Positions 47,461 through 56,860 are shown, counted from the stretch's first letter. The stretch: 64,000 nt of DNA from an uncultured Chloroflexia bacterium (GCA_963797095.1 CAWCNY010000005.1:221231-285230); one strand, 5' to 3'. Notes: generated by a model from the sequence alone, not told the origin. Numbers and translations are program-made.

Positions 47461-48642
47461 TCAAGGGCAGCCCGCAGGCAGGTCGGCACCCTTGGCAGGG
47501 GACACACATGTCTTCACCGACCCATCCAGGATCCCCTGAGTAGCTACGTCTACCTTCGACTTAGCATCGGCAGACACTGCCGCTTCCTGATCGTGGTACG
47601 GAGCCAACCCAACCGTCCCTGTCACGTTGCCACCCTTGAACGTCCCATCTTGCACCGACTTGATTATGTCGAACACTCCAGGTGTGAGCAGCTTCATGGC
47701 GCTCGATACCAGCGCTCCCTTGTACTCGTCACCAATGGTGAAGTACTGGTCGGCGTCCACACCTATCGCCAGCACGTTGCGTTCCTTGGCAGCGAAGATA
47801 GCGCCGTTACCTGTCTGTCCACCTGCTCCGAACACTACGTCAGCGCCTTTGTCTATCATTGAGAGAGCGGTGGTCTTGCCCCACTCAGGGTCCACAAACG
47901 TCTTGGTGATGTCTACATCGCTGTGGTAAGTAACCTGCACCGTCACATCAGGATTGACCGACTTGGCGCCGTTCTTGTATCCTTCGCAGTATCTCCACAC
48001 CGGTGGCACATCATCTGTTCCGCACACAGCACCGATGTTACCCGTTTTGGATACAGCCGCCGCCAGAACACCCGCCAGATACCCCGCCTTGTCCTCATCA
48101 AAGACCAAACCGGCGAGGTTATCGATGGTATCGGTCTGCGCCTGGTCCACCCCGATGAACTTGATGTTAGGGTTCGCTTTGGCGGCAGCGATGGTCGCTT
48201 CACCCAACGCAAAGCCAACCGTCACGATAACATCGTAGCCTTCAGACACGAACTGGTTGATGTTCTTCTCGTAATCCTTCGTGTCAACGGTCTCGATAGC
48301 CTTGGCATCAACACCCAGGTCAGATTGAGCCTGTTGCACACCTTCCCACGAAGACTGGTTGAACGACTTGTCGTTCAGACGCCCAACGTCTGTTACCAAC
48401 CCGACCTTTAGCGTGCTGCTCGACGTGCCCTGCGTCGCGGTCGGCTGTGTGCTCGTCCCCGTAGTGGCTGTAGGTTCCGCCGCTGCCGTTGTCGCCGTCG
48501 CCGGTGGCGGTGCAGTTGTAGCAGTCGGTACAATAGGTGTTGCCGTAGGGTCCGCGCCACAAGCAGATAGAATCGGCAATACAATCATCGCCAGCGTCGT
48601 AAGCACACCGGCGCGCCGAATCAAACGCCTTTCTTTAGACAT
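47461..48642 (-). CDS. BMP family (PnrA-like) ABC transporter substrate-binding lipoprotein
   Basis: Lipobox ILSACG. Thr/Ala/Pro linker. BMP core KVGLVTDVGRLNDKSFNQSSWEG. Strong RBS aggagg upstream of the ATG at 48642. Confidence 0.8.
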   Translation of the reverse strand: MSKERRLIRRAGVLTTLAMIVLPILSACGADPTATPIVPTATTAPPPATATTAAAEPTATTGTSTQPTATQGTSSSTLKVGLVTDVGRLNDKSFNQSSWEGVQQAQSDLGVDAKAIETVDTKDYEKNINQFVSEGYDVIVTVGFALGEATIAAAKANPNIKFIGVDQAQTDTIDNLAGLVFDEDKAGYLAGVLAAAVSKTGNIGAVCGTDDVPPVWRYCEGYKNGAKSVNPDVTVQVTYHSDVDITKTFVDPEWGKTTALSMIDKGADVVFGAGGQTGNGAIFAAKERNVLAIGVDADQYFTIGDEYKGALVSSAMKLLTPGVFDIIKSVQDGTFKGGNVTGTVGLAPYHDQEAAVSADAKSKVDVATQGILDGSVKTCVSPAKGADLPAGCP

Positions 48643-48686
48643 AACCTTTCCTCCTGATTCACTCAGATTAAAACCACACGCCCAAA

Positions 48687-48702
48687 CCGGCATATATGCC
48701 GG
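48687..48702. promoter_or_regulatory. Perfect 16-bp palindrome CCGGCATATATGCCGG in the 5' UTR of the BMP transporter operon (candidate operator)
   Basis: Lies between the minus-strand promoter (TTGACT-16-TATAAT, plus coordinates 48724-48751) and the substrate-binding-protein start. Confidence 0.4.
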
Positions 48703-48723
48703 TACCTACCCGGACGTTGCACT

Positions 48724-48751
48724 ATTATATCACGCACTCCCGGCAAGTCAA
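48724..48751 (-). promoter_or_regulatory. Sigma-70-like promoter for the BMP ABC operon
   Basis: Minus strand reads TTGACT, a 16-nt spacer, then TATAAT. Confidence 0.5.
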
Positions 48752-48788
48752 GGCTACGCAGGCGCACTTTAGGCACAAAAATCGAGAC

Positions 48789-48817
48789 TTGACACTCTCA
48801 CAATCGCGCTGTATACT
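48789..48817 (+). promoter_or_regulatory. Sigma-70-like promoter driving the SAM riboswitch / ask-metX-metY operon
   Basis: TTGACA (48789-48794), a 17-nt spacer, then TATACT (48812-48817). Confidence 0.55.
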
Positions 48818-48854
48818 CATAGCAGTCTTTGAGCTTTCACAATAGAATAGCAAC

Positions 48855-48960
48855 CAGGCTCTTATCAAGAGAGGTGGAGGGATACGGCCCTATGAAGCCC
48901 GGCAACCAGACCAACGGTGGTCCAGGTGCCAACTCCGACAGAGCGATCTGTAAGATGAGG
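48855..48960 (+). promoter_or_regulatory. SAM-I (S-box) riboswitch aptamer
   Basis: ctcTTATCAAGAGaGGtGGAGGGAtacGGCCCtATGAAgCCCGGCAACC...GGTGCCAActCC...aAGATGAG is a near-consensus S-box core, including the P1 strands CUCUUAUC/GAUGAG. Confidence 0.8.
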
Positions 48961-48993
48961 GAGTGGTTGGTCTGGCGCTACGCGCACATGCCT

Positions 48994-49019
48994 GCCCCTC
49001 ACCTTGAGGGGTTCTTTTT
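48994..49019 (+). terminator. Riboswitch expression-platform terminator
   Basis: gcccctca-cct-tgagggg followed by ttcttttt. The alternative antiterminator aagaUGAGGG would pair with CCCUCA. Confidence 0.7.
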
Positions 49020-49068
49020 ATCCCTCAAAGTGAGTGAGCCGGACTGAGCAATATGGAGAATTCGACCA

Positions 49069-49095
49069 ACGCCCCTTCGCTGGGCGTTTTTGTTT
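49069..49095 (+). terminator. Second terminator-like hairpin upstream of the aspartokinase start
   Basis: aacgccc-cttcgct-gggcgtt followed by tttgttt, about 30 nt before the ask start. Confidence 0.45.
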
Positions 49096-49126
49096 GCCCA
49101 ATTTTCATGATACAGGGTGCAGCATA

Positions 49127-50494
49127 GTGAGTTTTGTAGTACAAAAGTATGGCGGTACATCGGTGGCGACCACCGAACGCATCCGGGCGGTTGCCCACCG
49201 CATTCGCGCTCGCCACGATCAAGGCGACCGGTTGGTGGTGGTGGTGAGCGCTATGGGCAACACCACCGACGACCTGTTGGCCCTTGGACTCTCCCTCAAC
49301 CCACAGGCCTATGGTCGCGAAGTCGATCTGCTTATGTCCACGGGCGAGGTGGTGTCCTGCGCCCTCCTGGCCCTTGCTCTGCAAGACCTGGGTGTGCCCG
49401 CCCGCGCATTCACCGGCGCACAGGCGGGCATCCTCACCGACGGCAATTTCAGCAGGGCCGCCATCGCCGGTCTGAAACCCGACCGCCTCCAAGCCTCCCT
49501 GGCAATCGGCGAGGTGCCGGTAGTAGCCGGCTTCCAGGGCATAAGTGGCACCGACATCGAGATCGAAGTAACAACCCTCGGTCGTGGCGGCTCCGATACC
49601 ACCGCCGTTGCCCTCGCCGCAGGCTTACACGCTGAAAGGTGCGAAATCTATACCGACGTGGACGGTATCTTTACCGCCGACCCGCGTGTGGTCCCAGGCG
49701 CTCGCCGCCTGTCGCGTATCACGCCTACCGAGATGCTGGAGCTTGCTCAGCAAGGCGCTCAGGTAATGCACCCCCGCGCCGTCGAGCTTGGCGGCATCTA
49801 CAACATACCAATCCGGGTGGCCTCCAGCTTCAACGATGGGCCGGGCACATGGATCATAGCGCCCGGTTCGCCCCTACCGGCAATATATGGACCTGCCTTT
49901 CACACTCTTTCTCACAATCTGGAGGAGCAATTGGAGCTAAAGAACAAAGTCTCAGGCATAGCCCACGATACTAACGTGGCCCGCATAACAGTCTTCGGCC
50001 TCCCCAGGCCCCAGTTCGCCCTCTTCCGTCTCTTCGGCCCCCTGGCCGAGGCTGGCATCAACGTCGACGCCATAGCTCATTCAATCGAGCCGGGCGGCGA
50101 GCATGCCGACTGCTCGTTTACCGTCACCGAGTCCGATCTCACCCGCGCTTTGTCGATCACCCGGCATACAGCCACCAACCTGGGCGCGTACAACGTCCAA
50201 GGCGAGCGCGCCGTAGGCAAAGTCTCCGTCATCGGCCTCGGTGTGCAACACGTACCCGGCCTCGCCTGCCACGCTTTCGCCGCCCTTGAAAGCGCGGGCA
50301 TAGAGATCGACATGGTCACTACCTCGCAGGTACGTATTACCTGCCTGGTCCTCGAATCGCGGGTCGTTGAGGCCGCGCTGCTCTTGCACTCCGCTTTCGG
50401 CCTCGACGGGGAGCCAACAAGCGACACGCATCTCAAACCGGACATCATCGCCCCTGCACTGGCAGGCGTGCTCACCCCAGGGGGTGGAGCATGA
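49127..50494 (+). CDS. ask: Aspartate kinase with C-terminal ACT domains
   Basis: GTG start just before VVQKYGGTSV. AK motifs VVSAMGNTTD and two ACT-like repeats. The ORF-track 5' extension covers the terminators and is not coding. Confidence 0.8.
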   Translation: MSFVVQKYGGTSVATTERIRAVAHRIRARHDQGDRLVVVVSAMGNTTDDLLALGLSLNPQAYGREVDLLMSTGEVVSCALLALALQDLGVPARAFTGAQAGILTDGNFSRAAIAGLKPDRLQASLAIGEVPVVAGFQGISGTDIEIEVTTLGRGGSDTTAVALAAGLHAERCEIYTDVDGIFTADPRVVPGARRLSRITPTEMLELAQQGAQVMHPRAVELGGIYNIPIRVASSFNDGPGTWIIAPGSPLPAIYGPAFHTLSHNLEEQLELKNKVSGIAHDTNVARITVFGLPRPQFALFRLFGPLAEAGINVDAIAHSIEPGGEHADCSFTVTESDLTRALSITRHTATNLGAYNVQGERAVGKVSVIGLGVQHVPGLACHAFAALESAGIEIDMVTTSQVRITCLVLESRVVEAALLLHSAFGLDGEPTSDTHLKPDIIAPALAGVLTPGGGA

Positions 50495-51699
50495 CTGTAC
50501 AATCCTCCGGCCTGATCGACCTGACATTCCTCGACGACGATCCTTCTGTCGCCCTACGACCCCTCGCCGTCGAGGCAGACGATGTGCCGGTCGGCCCCAG
50601 GCATCTATGGACCCTCCCCGAAGGTCTCCGCCTGGAATCCGGCGCGCACCTCGCGCCCATCGAAGTAGCCTACGAGACCTGGGGCCACCTCAACGCAACA
50701 GGCGACAACGCGATACTCGTCTGCCATGCCCTCACTGGCGACTCCCACGCTGCCGGTAGATACTCCCCCGATGACGACCACCTCGGCTGGTGGGACCCCC
50801 TGATCGGCCCCAACCGCGCCTTCGATACAAATCGCTACTTCGTGGTGTGCGCCAACGTGCTCGGCGGCTGCCAGGGCACCACAGGCCCCGCGTCGATCAA
50901 CCCTGGCACGGGCCGCCCCTATGGCAGCGTCTTCCCCCAGGTCACAGTGCGCGACATCGTGCGCCTCCAATACAGCCTTCTATGCGCGTTGGGTGTCCGG
51001 CGTCTGGCGGCGGTCGCGGGCGGCTCGCTCGGCGGGATGCAGGTGCTGGAGTGGCTCGTTACATACCCCGGCTTCGTCGCCAAAGCCATCCCCATAGGCT
51101 CTTCTCTCGCCCACACCTCGCAGGGCATAGCCTACAACCTGGTGGGACGCCAGGCTATTATGCTCGACCCCGATTGGCAAGGTGGCGACTACTACGGCAC
51201 AGACCGGTCCCCTGGGCGTGGCCTCTCAATCGCTCGCATGGTCGGCATGATCACCTACCAGAGCGAGGAGTCGATGCGACGCAAGTTCGCAAGGGACCGT
51301 GTAGACCCTTCGCCCGACTCGTATTACGATCCCGACAGCCTCTTCCAGGTTGAAAGCTATCTCCACTACCAGGGCGCATCTCTCGTCAAACGTTTCGACG
51401 CCAACAGCTACCTGCTCCTTTCCAGGGCAATGGACCTGCACGACATAGGCCGCTCTCGCGGTGGCGTAGACGAAGCGCTATCCCGCATAAGCCCCACCAC
51501 AGACACCCTTTTGATAGGCATCAACAGCGACATCCTTTTCCCCACCCACCACCAGCGCGAAACAGCTGGCCGCCTGACTGCCTCAGGCCACAACGCAACC
51601 TACACAGAGATAGATTCCCCATGGGGCCACGATGCCTTCCTGATAGAATACAACCAGCTAGCCTCAGCAATAGCCAATTTCATTGGAATTGACGAGTGA
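50491..51699 (+). CDS. metX: Homoserine O-acetyltransferase MetX
   Basis: Alpha/beta hydrolase with GGSLGGMQ nucleophile. MetX N-terminal pattern. ATGA overlap with ask. Confidence 0.85.
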   Translation: MTVQSSGLIDLTFLDDDPSVALRPLAVEADDVPVGPRHLWTLPEGLRLESGAHLAPIEVAYETWGHLNATGDNAILVCHALTGDSHAAGRYSPDDDHLGWWDPLIGPNRAFDTNRYFVVCANVLGGCQGTTGPASINPGTGRPYGSVFPQVTVRDIVRLQYSLLCALGVRRLAAVAGGSLGGMQVLEWLVTYPGFVAKAIPIGSSLAHTSQGIAYNLVGRQAIMLDPDWQGGDYYGTDRSPGRGLSIARMVGMITYQSEESMRRKFARDRVDPSPDSYYDPDSLFQVESYLHYQGASLVKRFDANSYLLLSRAMDLHDIGRSRGGVDEALSRISPTTDTLLIGINSDILFPTHHQRETAGRLTASGHNATYTEIDSPWGHDAFLIEYNQLASAIANFIGIDE

Positions 51700-51754
51700 C
51701 GAGTGACGAGTGGCGAGTACCGCTGCACACTCGCTACGCGTCACTCGTCCTCAC
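51691..51754. repeat. Tandem heptamer array (GACGAGT x3-4) with downstream inverted copy, overlapping the last codons of metX
   Basis: gacgagtgacgagtgacgagtggcgagt ... acactcgct..tcactcgtc forms a hairpin in the metX-metY spacer. Confidence 0.7.
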
Positions 51755-51787
51755 CTACCCCATTTCACACCTCGGAGAAACATAACC

Positions 51788-53047
51788 ATGACTGACACTC
51801 AATCCAACAGCACCGGAAGAGCAGCGGGCTTCGCCACCAGGGCGGTACGCTCCGGCCTAAACCCACCGCTTGAGGGCACACGACCCACCGCAGTGCCCAT
51901 CTACGCTACCACCACCTTTCTCAGCGACGACGCCCAGGCTCTCGACGGCGTGCTCGGAGGCTCACTACCGGGCTACGTCTACGGACGCTACGGCAACCCA
52001 ACCCTTACTTCTCTCGAAAACGCCGTGTCCGCCCTTTTGGACGCGCCCGAAAATACCACAGTCGCCTTCAGCAGCGGCATGGCCGCCTTGCACGCCGCGC
52101 TCCTCCTCTGCGAATTAGAGCCTGGCGCGACCATCCTCGCGGGCACCGAGCTTTACGGAGCGAGCCACACCCTTCTCGCCACCCTGTTCGGCCAGTTCGA
52201 GGTGCAGATACGCTTTGCCGACATGTCCAATCTGGAAGAGGTACGCCAGGCCCTCAATACCCTGCCCACCCCTCGCGTAGTCCTCTTTGAAACGATTTCC
52301 AACCCTCTTATCAGGGTAGCCGACGTGCCCGCCATCTGCGAGGCCGCCCATGCCGCGGGCGCGCCCGCCATCGTAGACACCACCTTCACCCCTCCGCCCC
52401 TGGTGCAGCCCCTTGCTCACGGAGCCGACATTGTCGTGCAGAGCGCTACAAAGTACATCGGAGGCCACGGCGATGTGGTCGGCGGCCTTGTAACTGTGGC
52501 CGACCCCGATCGCGTCGCCACCCTGCGCCAGATATCGAAACTAACGGGCGCGATCCTCGGCCCCTTCGAAGCGTTCCTTATAGCGCGCGGCCTCCGCACC
52601 CTCGTACTCCGCGTCACCAAACAAAGCGAAAACGCCGCTATCCTGGCTCGCAGGCTTGCGGAACTCCCCCAGGTCGCCAGGGTGCATTATCCCGGCCTCC
52701 CCAATCACCCGCAGCACGAATTGGCGGGCAGGCTCCTTGTCCGCCCGCTCTTTGGCGCGATGCTGGCGTTCGAGATCGAGGGCGCGACCTACGAAGATGT
52801 GCTCGCCTTCTTCGACAGCCTCAAGCTGGCCCTGCCAGCCACCACCCTGGGCGATATCTACACCGAGGTGTCCTACCCCCTGATGTCGAGCCATCGCGAG
52901 TGGTCGCCAGCCCAGTTGCGCCGCGCAGGCATCACCCCCGGCGTGGTACGCGTCTCCGTAGGCATCGAGGATATCGACGATATAGTGGCCGATTTCGAGC
53001 AAGCCCTTGCAAAGCTGGAAAGCCGGATCGCAGCCCCCACCCGATAG
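51788..53047 (+). CDS. PLP-dependent O-acetylhomoserine sulfhydrylase / cystathionine gamma-synthase family enzyme (MetY/MetB)
   Basis: PLP-Lys motif SATKYIGGHGDVVGG. Cys/Met-metabolism PLP fold. Start at MTDTQSN with RBS ggag upstream. Confidence 0.8.
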   Translation: MTDTQSNSTGRAAGFATRAVRSGLNPPLEGTRPTAVPIYATTTFLSDDAQALDGVLGGSLPGYVYGRYGNPTLTSLENAVSALLDAPENTTVAFSSGMAALHAALLLCELEPGATILAGTELYGASHTLLATLFGQFEVQIRFADMSNLEEVRQALNTLPTPRVVLFETISNPLIRVADVPAICEAAHAAGAPAIVDTTFTPPPLVQPLAHGADIVVQSATKYIGGHGDVVGGLVTVADPDRVATLRQISKLTGAILGPFEAFLIARGLRTLVLRVTKQSENAAILARRLAELPQVARVHYPGLPNHPQHELAGRLLVRPLFGAMLAFEIEGATYEDVLAFFDSLKLALPATTLGDIYTEVSYPLMSSHREWSPAQLRRAGITPGVVRVSVGIEDIDDIVADFEQALAKLESRIAAPTR

Positions 53048-53050
53048 CCG

Positions 53051-54517
53051 CTACGACCTCAGCGCCTTCGCTAGCGCTCCGGTTCCGCGCCTCGCCGACG
53101 CAATACGCTCCCGTTGCTCAACGATCCAGTGCGAGTGCTTACCCAGCGCGCTCCGCCTCGCCTCAAGCATCCTCGCCATCTCGTCGGGTGCTGCACCTCC
53201 CACGTGCTTGCGCTTTGTGACGGCCCACTCAGGATCAAGGGCCTCTCGCACCTGCTCCTCACTAACCTCGATCTTCACGCCAACCGCCTCCGCGCCCGCT
53301 CTTATCTGCTCGGCGGTTATGCTGTGAAGCGGCCTCCCCTCCTCGATCATCGCGTCCACTATCCGGCCAACGATGCCATAAACTTGCCTGTACCCGACCC
53401 CGCTCTGCTGCGCGACGACGTCCGCAAGGTCCGTGGTGCTCGAATAGTTGTCCCGTACCGCCTGCAACATCCGCTCCCGGTTCACCGAAAGGGTGGACAG
53501 CGTCGTGCTCACAGTAGATAGAGCCGCCAGCGTCTTGTCAAAGCCGAGCGCCGTCCACTCCTTGATCTCCCGCGAGTCCCGGTTATAACCCATCGGCAGC
53601 CCCGCGAGCAGGTGGCCAGCCGTTGCCGCTATCCCTATAACCTCCTGGCCCGTGGCCCGCAACAACTCCAGCGCGTCAGGGTTCTTCTTCTGCGCCATCA
53701 CCGAGCTACCCGTGATCGGGTGCAGACGCTGCGCCACCGCCTCCCCCAATTCGATATATCCGTACTCCCAGGTGGTAAAGAGCAGCAAATCGGCGACCAT
53801 CTTGCTAACCGTAAGCGCCAACCGTTTGCACACGTCCAGGTAGGCCAGTTGAGGCAGCCCACGCGACCCAATAACGTCCTGCGGCACCTCCCAGACCCTC
53901 CCAAACCCCAGCAGTTGGGCAGTAAACTCCCTATCTATCGGCCACGAAGTGCCGTAGCTCTCAACCGCCCCCAGCGGGCAGGTATCGTACTCGTCCCATG
54001 TGTGTTCGATATCCGAGAGGCTGCGCGCAATCGCGTCCGCGTACCCAAGCGCCCACTGTCCGAGCGTAGTAGGCTTGGCGGGCTGCATATGCGTATATCC
54101 GGGCATCACCGTCCCAACGTGCTCCTCGACCAGGCCCAATAAGGCCCCCACCACCCCACACGTAGCCCTCGCCAGCGCCAGCGCCCGCTCCCGCAAAAAG
54201 AGCATTTCCGTCACCATCACCTGGTCGTTGCGGCTCCGCGCCGTGTGCATCCGGCTGCCGTCCTGCACCCCCGCCGCCTCGATCACCGCACGTTCCAGGC
54301 TAAGTTGTGCTCCCCGCTCCGGGTCGATCCGAAACTCCCCAGCCTCCACAGCCCCCTCGACATCGTCCAACGCTGCCAGTATCGAAACCGCCGCCTGCGC
54401 AGGAATGATCCCGACATGCTGTAGCATCAAAACATGGGCCAGCGTGCCCCAGATATCGTACCGAAGCATCTCGGTATCAAGCGCCACCTGGGCCGCGCTA
54501 ACGATAAAACCGCCCAT
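53051..54517 (-). CDS. argH: Argininosuccinate lyase
   Basis: Fumarate-lyase signature GSSVMAQKKNPDALE. Start taken at MGGFIV (54517); the ORF-track N-terminal extension translates heptamer repeats. Confidence 0.85.
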   Translation of the reverse strand: MGGFIVSAAQVALDTEMLRYDIWGTLAHVLMLQHVGIIPAQAAVSILAALDDVEGAVEAGEFRIDPERGAQLSLERAVIEAAGVQDGSRMHTARSRNDQVMVTEMLFLRERALALARATCGVVGALLGLVEEHVGTVMPGYTHMQPAKPTTLGQWALGYADAIARSLSDIEHTWDEYDTCPLGAVESYGTSWPIDREFTAQLLGFGRVWEVPQDVIGSRGLPQLAYLDVCKRLALTVSKMVADLLLFTTWEYGYIELGEAVAQRLHPITGSSVMAQKKNPDALELLRATGQEVIGIAATAGHLLAGLPMGYNRDSREIKEWTALGFDKTLAALSTVSTTLSTLSVNRERMLQAVRDNYSSTTDLADVVAQQSGVGYRQVYGIVGRIVDAMIEEGRPLHSITAEQIRAGAEAVGVKIEVSEEQVREALDPEWAVTKRKHVGGAAPDEMARMLEARRSALGKHSHWIVEQRERIASARRGTGALAKALRS

Positions 54518-54522
54518 CTCCA

Positions 54523-54557
54523 GATTTTGGATTTTGGATTTTGGATTTTGGATTTGA
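54523..54557. repeat. Tandem heptamer repeat (GATTTTG) x4.9 immediately upstream of the argH start
   Basis: gattttg gattttg gattttg gattttg gatttga. Confidence 0.9.
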
Positions 54558-54601
54558 CCCGTCATAATATCACTCGTCACTCGCCGCTCACCATTCACCC
54601 T

Positions 54602-54671
54602 CCGACTACCGACTACCGACTACCGACTACCGACTACCGACTACCGACTACCGACTACCGACTACCGACTA
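54602..54671. repeat. Tandem heptamer repeat (CCGACTA) x10, the reverse complement of the GGTAGTC array at 20586
   Basis: Perfect 10 copies filling most of the argF-argH intergenic region. Flanked by cactcgtcactcg (two GTGACGA-type units). Confidence 0.9.
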
Positions 54672-55766
54672 CCATCTCCCCACCAAGCTAGCCAGCAACG
54701 CGTTCTGCGCGTACATCCGGTTCGCCGCCTCCTGAACCACGATGCTGGCCGGGCTATCGAGCACACCATCCGTAACTTCCACGTTGCGGCGAGTGGGCAG
54801 GCAGTGCATGAACCGCCCGCTGTTCGTAAGCGCCATGATCTCCTCGTTCACGATCCAGTGCTTCAACCCTTCGCGGATTGCCTTTTCAGCCTCCCAATCC
54901 CCGTAATGACTGATCGCGCCCCAACTCTTGGCGCAAATCACTTCAGCCCCCTGCGCAGCCTGCGTCATATCATGGCTGATCGTCAGCGAGCCTCCCGCCT
55001 GCGCGGCTCTCGCATGGGCCGTCGCCATCACATCCGCGTCCAGGTCCCAACCTTCGGGAAACGCCAGCGTAACATCACAACCCATATCGCAAGCGGCCAG
55101 CAATTGCGAATGAGGCGTGGCGGTGGGCAATGCCTTAGGGTGATTTGCCCACGTCAGCACATACTTCTTCCCCTGCGTCTGCCCAAGTTGCTCCCTCAAT
55201 GTAAGAGCATCCCCCAATCCCTGGCATGGGTGGAACGCGTTCGATTCCAGGTTGATTACGGGCACGGAAGCGTACTTCGCGAAGCTTCTCACAATCGTAT
55301 CCTTGCGCGCCTCCTCCCACGTTGCCGACGAATTGCTCGTCTTGCCACTCGTAGTAATCAACTCGCTCGATCTTACTCCTAGCGCGTCGCAATATTCGGC
55401 CAGCACCGGAGCGGCCTCCTTGATGTGCTCCTGCGTCGCCCCGTTCATCACCACCCCATCCTCAAACTCGAACACATACGTCCCCGACAGATCGAGCGCC
55501 GTCCCGCCCATTCGAGCTATCCCGGCACCAAGCGATGTCTTGGTCCGAAGTGAAGGGTTGAAGAACACCATCCCAACCACAATTCCCCGCAACAATTGTC
55601 GCCCATACCCCTCCTGCTTCAAGCTCAAGGCCCGCTCCACAAGCTCAACAAACGCCTCCTGCGGCATCTCGGCACTATTGAGATAATCTTTCCCGGCGAA
55701 GGAATATGCCCCTTGCGCGCCCTGGTTCGCATTGATCTGTTCTATAGTATCTGTAATCGCAACCAT
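54669..55766 (-). CDS. ATCase/OTCase-superfamily carbamoyltransferase with non-canonical SLRTK motif (ornithine or acyl-ornithine carbamoyltransferase)
   Basis: HCLP motif (FMHCLPTRRN). Carbamoyl-phosphate site FFNPSLRTKTS replaces the canonical STRTR. 365 aa. Sits in the arg operon. Confidence 0.7.
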   Translation of the reverse strand: MVAITDTIEQINANQGAQGAYSFAGKDYLNSAEMPQEAFVELVERALSLKQEGYGRQLLRGIVVGMVFFNPSLRTKTSLGAGIARMGGTALDLSGTYVFEFEDGVVMNGATQEHIKEAAPVLAEYCDALGVRSSELITTSGKTSNSSATWEEARKDTIVRSFAKYASVPVINLESNAFHPCQGLGDALTLREQLGQTQGKKYVLTWANHPKALPTATPHSQLLAACDMGCDVTLAFPEGWDLDADVMATAHARAAQAGGSLTISHDMTQAAQGAEVICAKSWGAISHYGDWEAEKAIREGLKHWIVNEEIMALTNSGRFMHCLPTRRNVEVTDGVLDSPASIVVQEAANRMYAQNALLASLVGRW

Positions 55767-55786
55767 CTTTTACCTCCTATCCCTTT

Positions 55787-56860
55787 TCAGGCCACCACTT
55801 TCTCTATAACCCGCTCCTGGACCAACCCCGCGCCCTGCCCGAAAAGCTTGCCCTCAACAAGATCGGCAAGCAGGGCAGGCTGAGTGCGCCCATTGGCGGC
55901 AGCCTGCCCGAACCTTTGCCTGATGTAATCCACCCCCGCGCTATTGTCGGTGGCGGGTCCCGAAATACAGTCAACCTCAAGCCCGAACTGCCCCAGGTAG
56001 ATCAGTCCACCCCAGGCCGCCACCAGGTCGTTTGCGCACAGCACGTGAGTCTTCACATGCCCCATCAACTCTCGGTCCTGAAGCAGCAGGTCCACCCCGT
56101 AGTGCCCCATGATCCCATCTCCAAACTCCACCACAATCGCATCGGGGTGAGTTTCAGCGAGCGCCGCCAGTATCCCCTTAGCCGCGGGCACCACGCACTC
56201 GTCGGTGTGTGTCGTTGAAGGCAACCCTGCGTCGCTGAAGCTCATAGCGGCAATAGCGCCGTGGTCCTGCATGTTGAGCAGGTCGCGCTGGGTCGCCACG
56301 CCCGCCAGCTTGGCCGCCGCCAGCCTGTAGCCGCGTCCCGCCAGCACCCGGATGATCTCGCACGCCGCCGTTGTCTTTCCCGAATTCATGCAAGTACCCG
56401 ACAACAGCACAATGGGCGGCGATTGGGGCAGGCTGGCGCTCCACGGCACGCCATAGCTGCTCAAGTTGGCGGGGTGCCCGTCCACCACCGCCGTCCCCAC
56501 GACCCGTACCCGCAAAGGGTGGCCGAAATCAGCGTTGGCTGAGCTACAGCGCCCGAGCACTCCGCCCATATTCAGAACGTGCAAAATATCGCCGGGAGCC
56601 ACCTGCGCGGGTATCGAGCCAACAAACCCCTTCAATGCCTGCCGCTCCCCAAGCACGCCCGCGATCAGGTCGCCTTTGATGATGCGGGCCATCCGCCCGC
56701 CCACCAGTTCAAGCTCCCCATACACCGACTTCTCCTCCAGCGCCTCCACGACCACCACCTCACCCCGTTCCGCCGCGATAGAAGGCGCTATCTCCACTTC
56801 CACAGGGAGATTCACCCTGCCTGTAACAGAGGCGATCTTGTCAAGGTTGATCTTCATCAC
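55787..56860 (-). CDS. DUF1611 family protein (Rossmann-like N-domain plus P-loop-like C-domain)
   Basis: Motif IVLLSGTCMNSGKTTAACEI resembles the DUF1611 GTDCxxGK core. Translationally coupled: 4-nt overlap with argG, about 20-nt gap to the carbamoyltransferase. Confidence 0.55.
   Translation of the reverse strand: MMKINLDKIASVTGRVNLPVEVEIAPSIAAERGEVVVVEALEEKSVYGELELVGGRMARIIKGDLIAGVLGERQALKGFVGSIPAQVAPGDILHVLNMGGVLGRCSSANADFGHPLRVRVVGTAVVDGHPANLSSYGVPWSASLPQSPPIVLLSGTCMNSGKTTAACEIIRVLAGRGYRLAAAKLAGVATQRDLLNMQDHGAIAAMSFSDAGLPSTTHTDECVVPAAKGILAALAETHPDAIVVEFGDGIMGHYGVDLLLQDRELMGHVKTHVLCANDLVAAWGGLIYLGQFGLEVDCISGPATDNSAGVDYIRQRFGQAAANGRTQPALLADLVEGKLFGQGAGLVQERVIEKVVA

Noticed and set aside
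48829-49047. 72-aa ORF and the 5' extension of the aspartokinase ORF (49034-49126)
   Set aside because: They overlap the SAM-I aptamer and two terminators, and the sequence is explained by RNA structure. The real ask start is the GTG at 49127.
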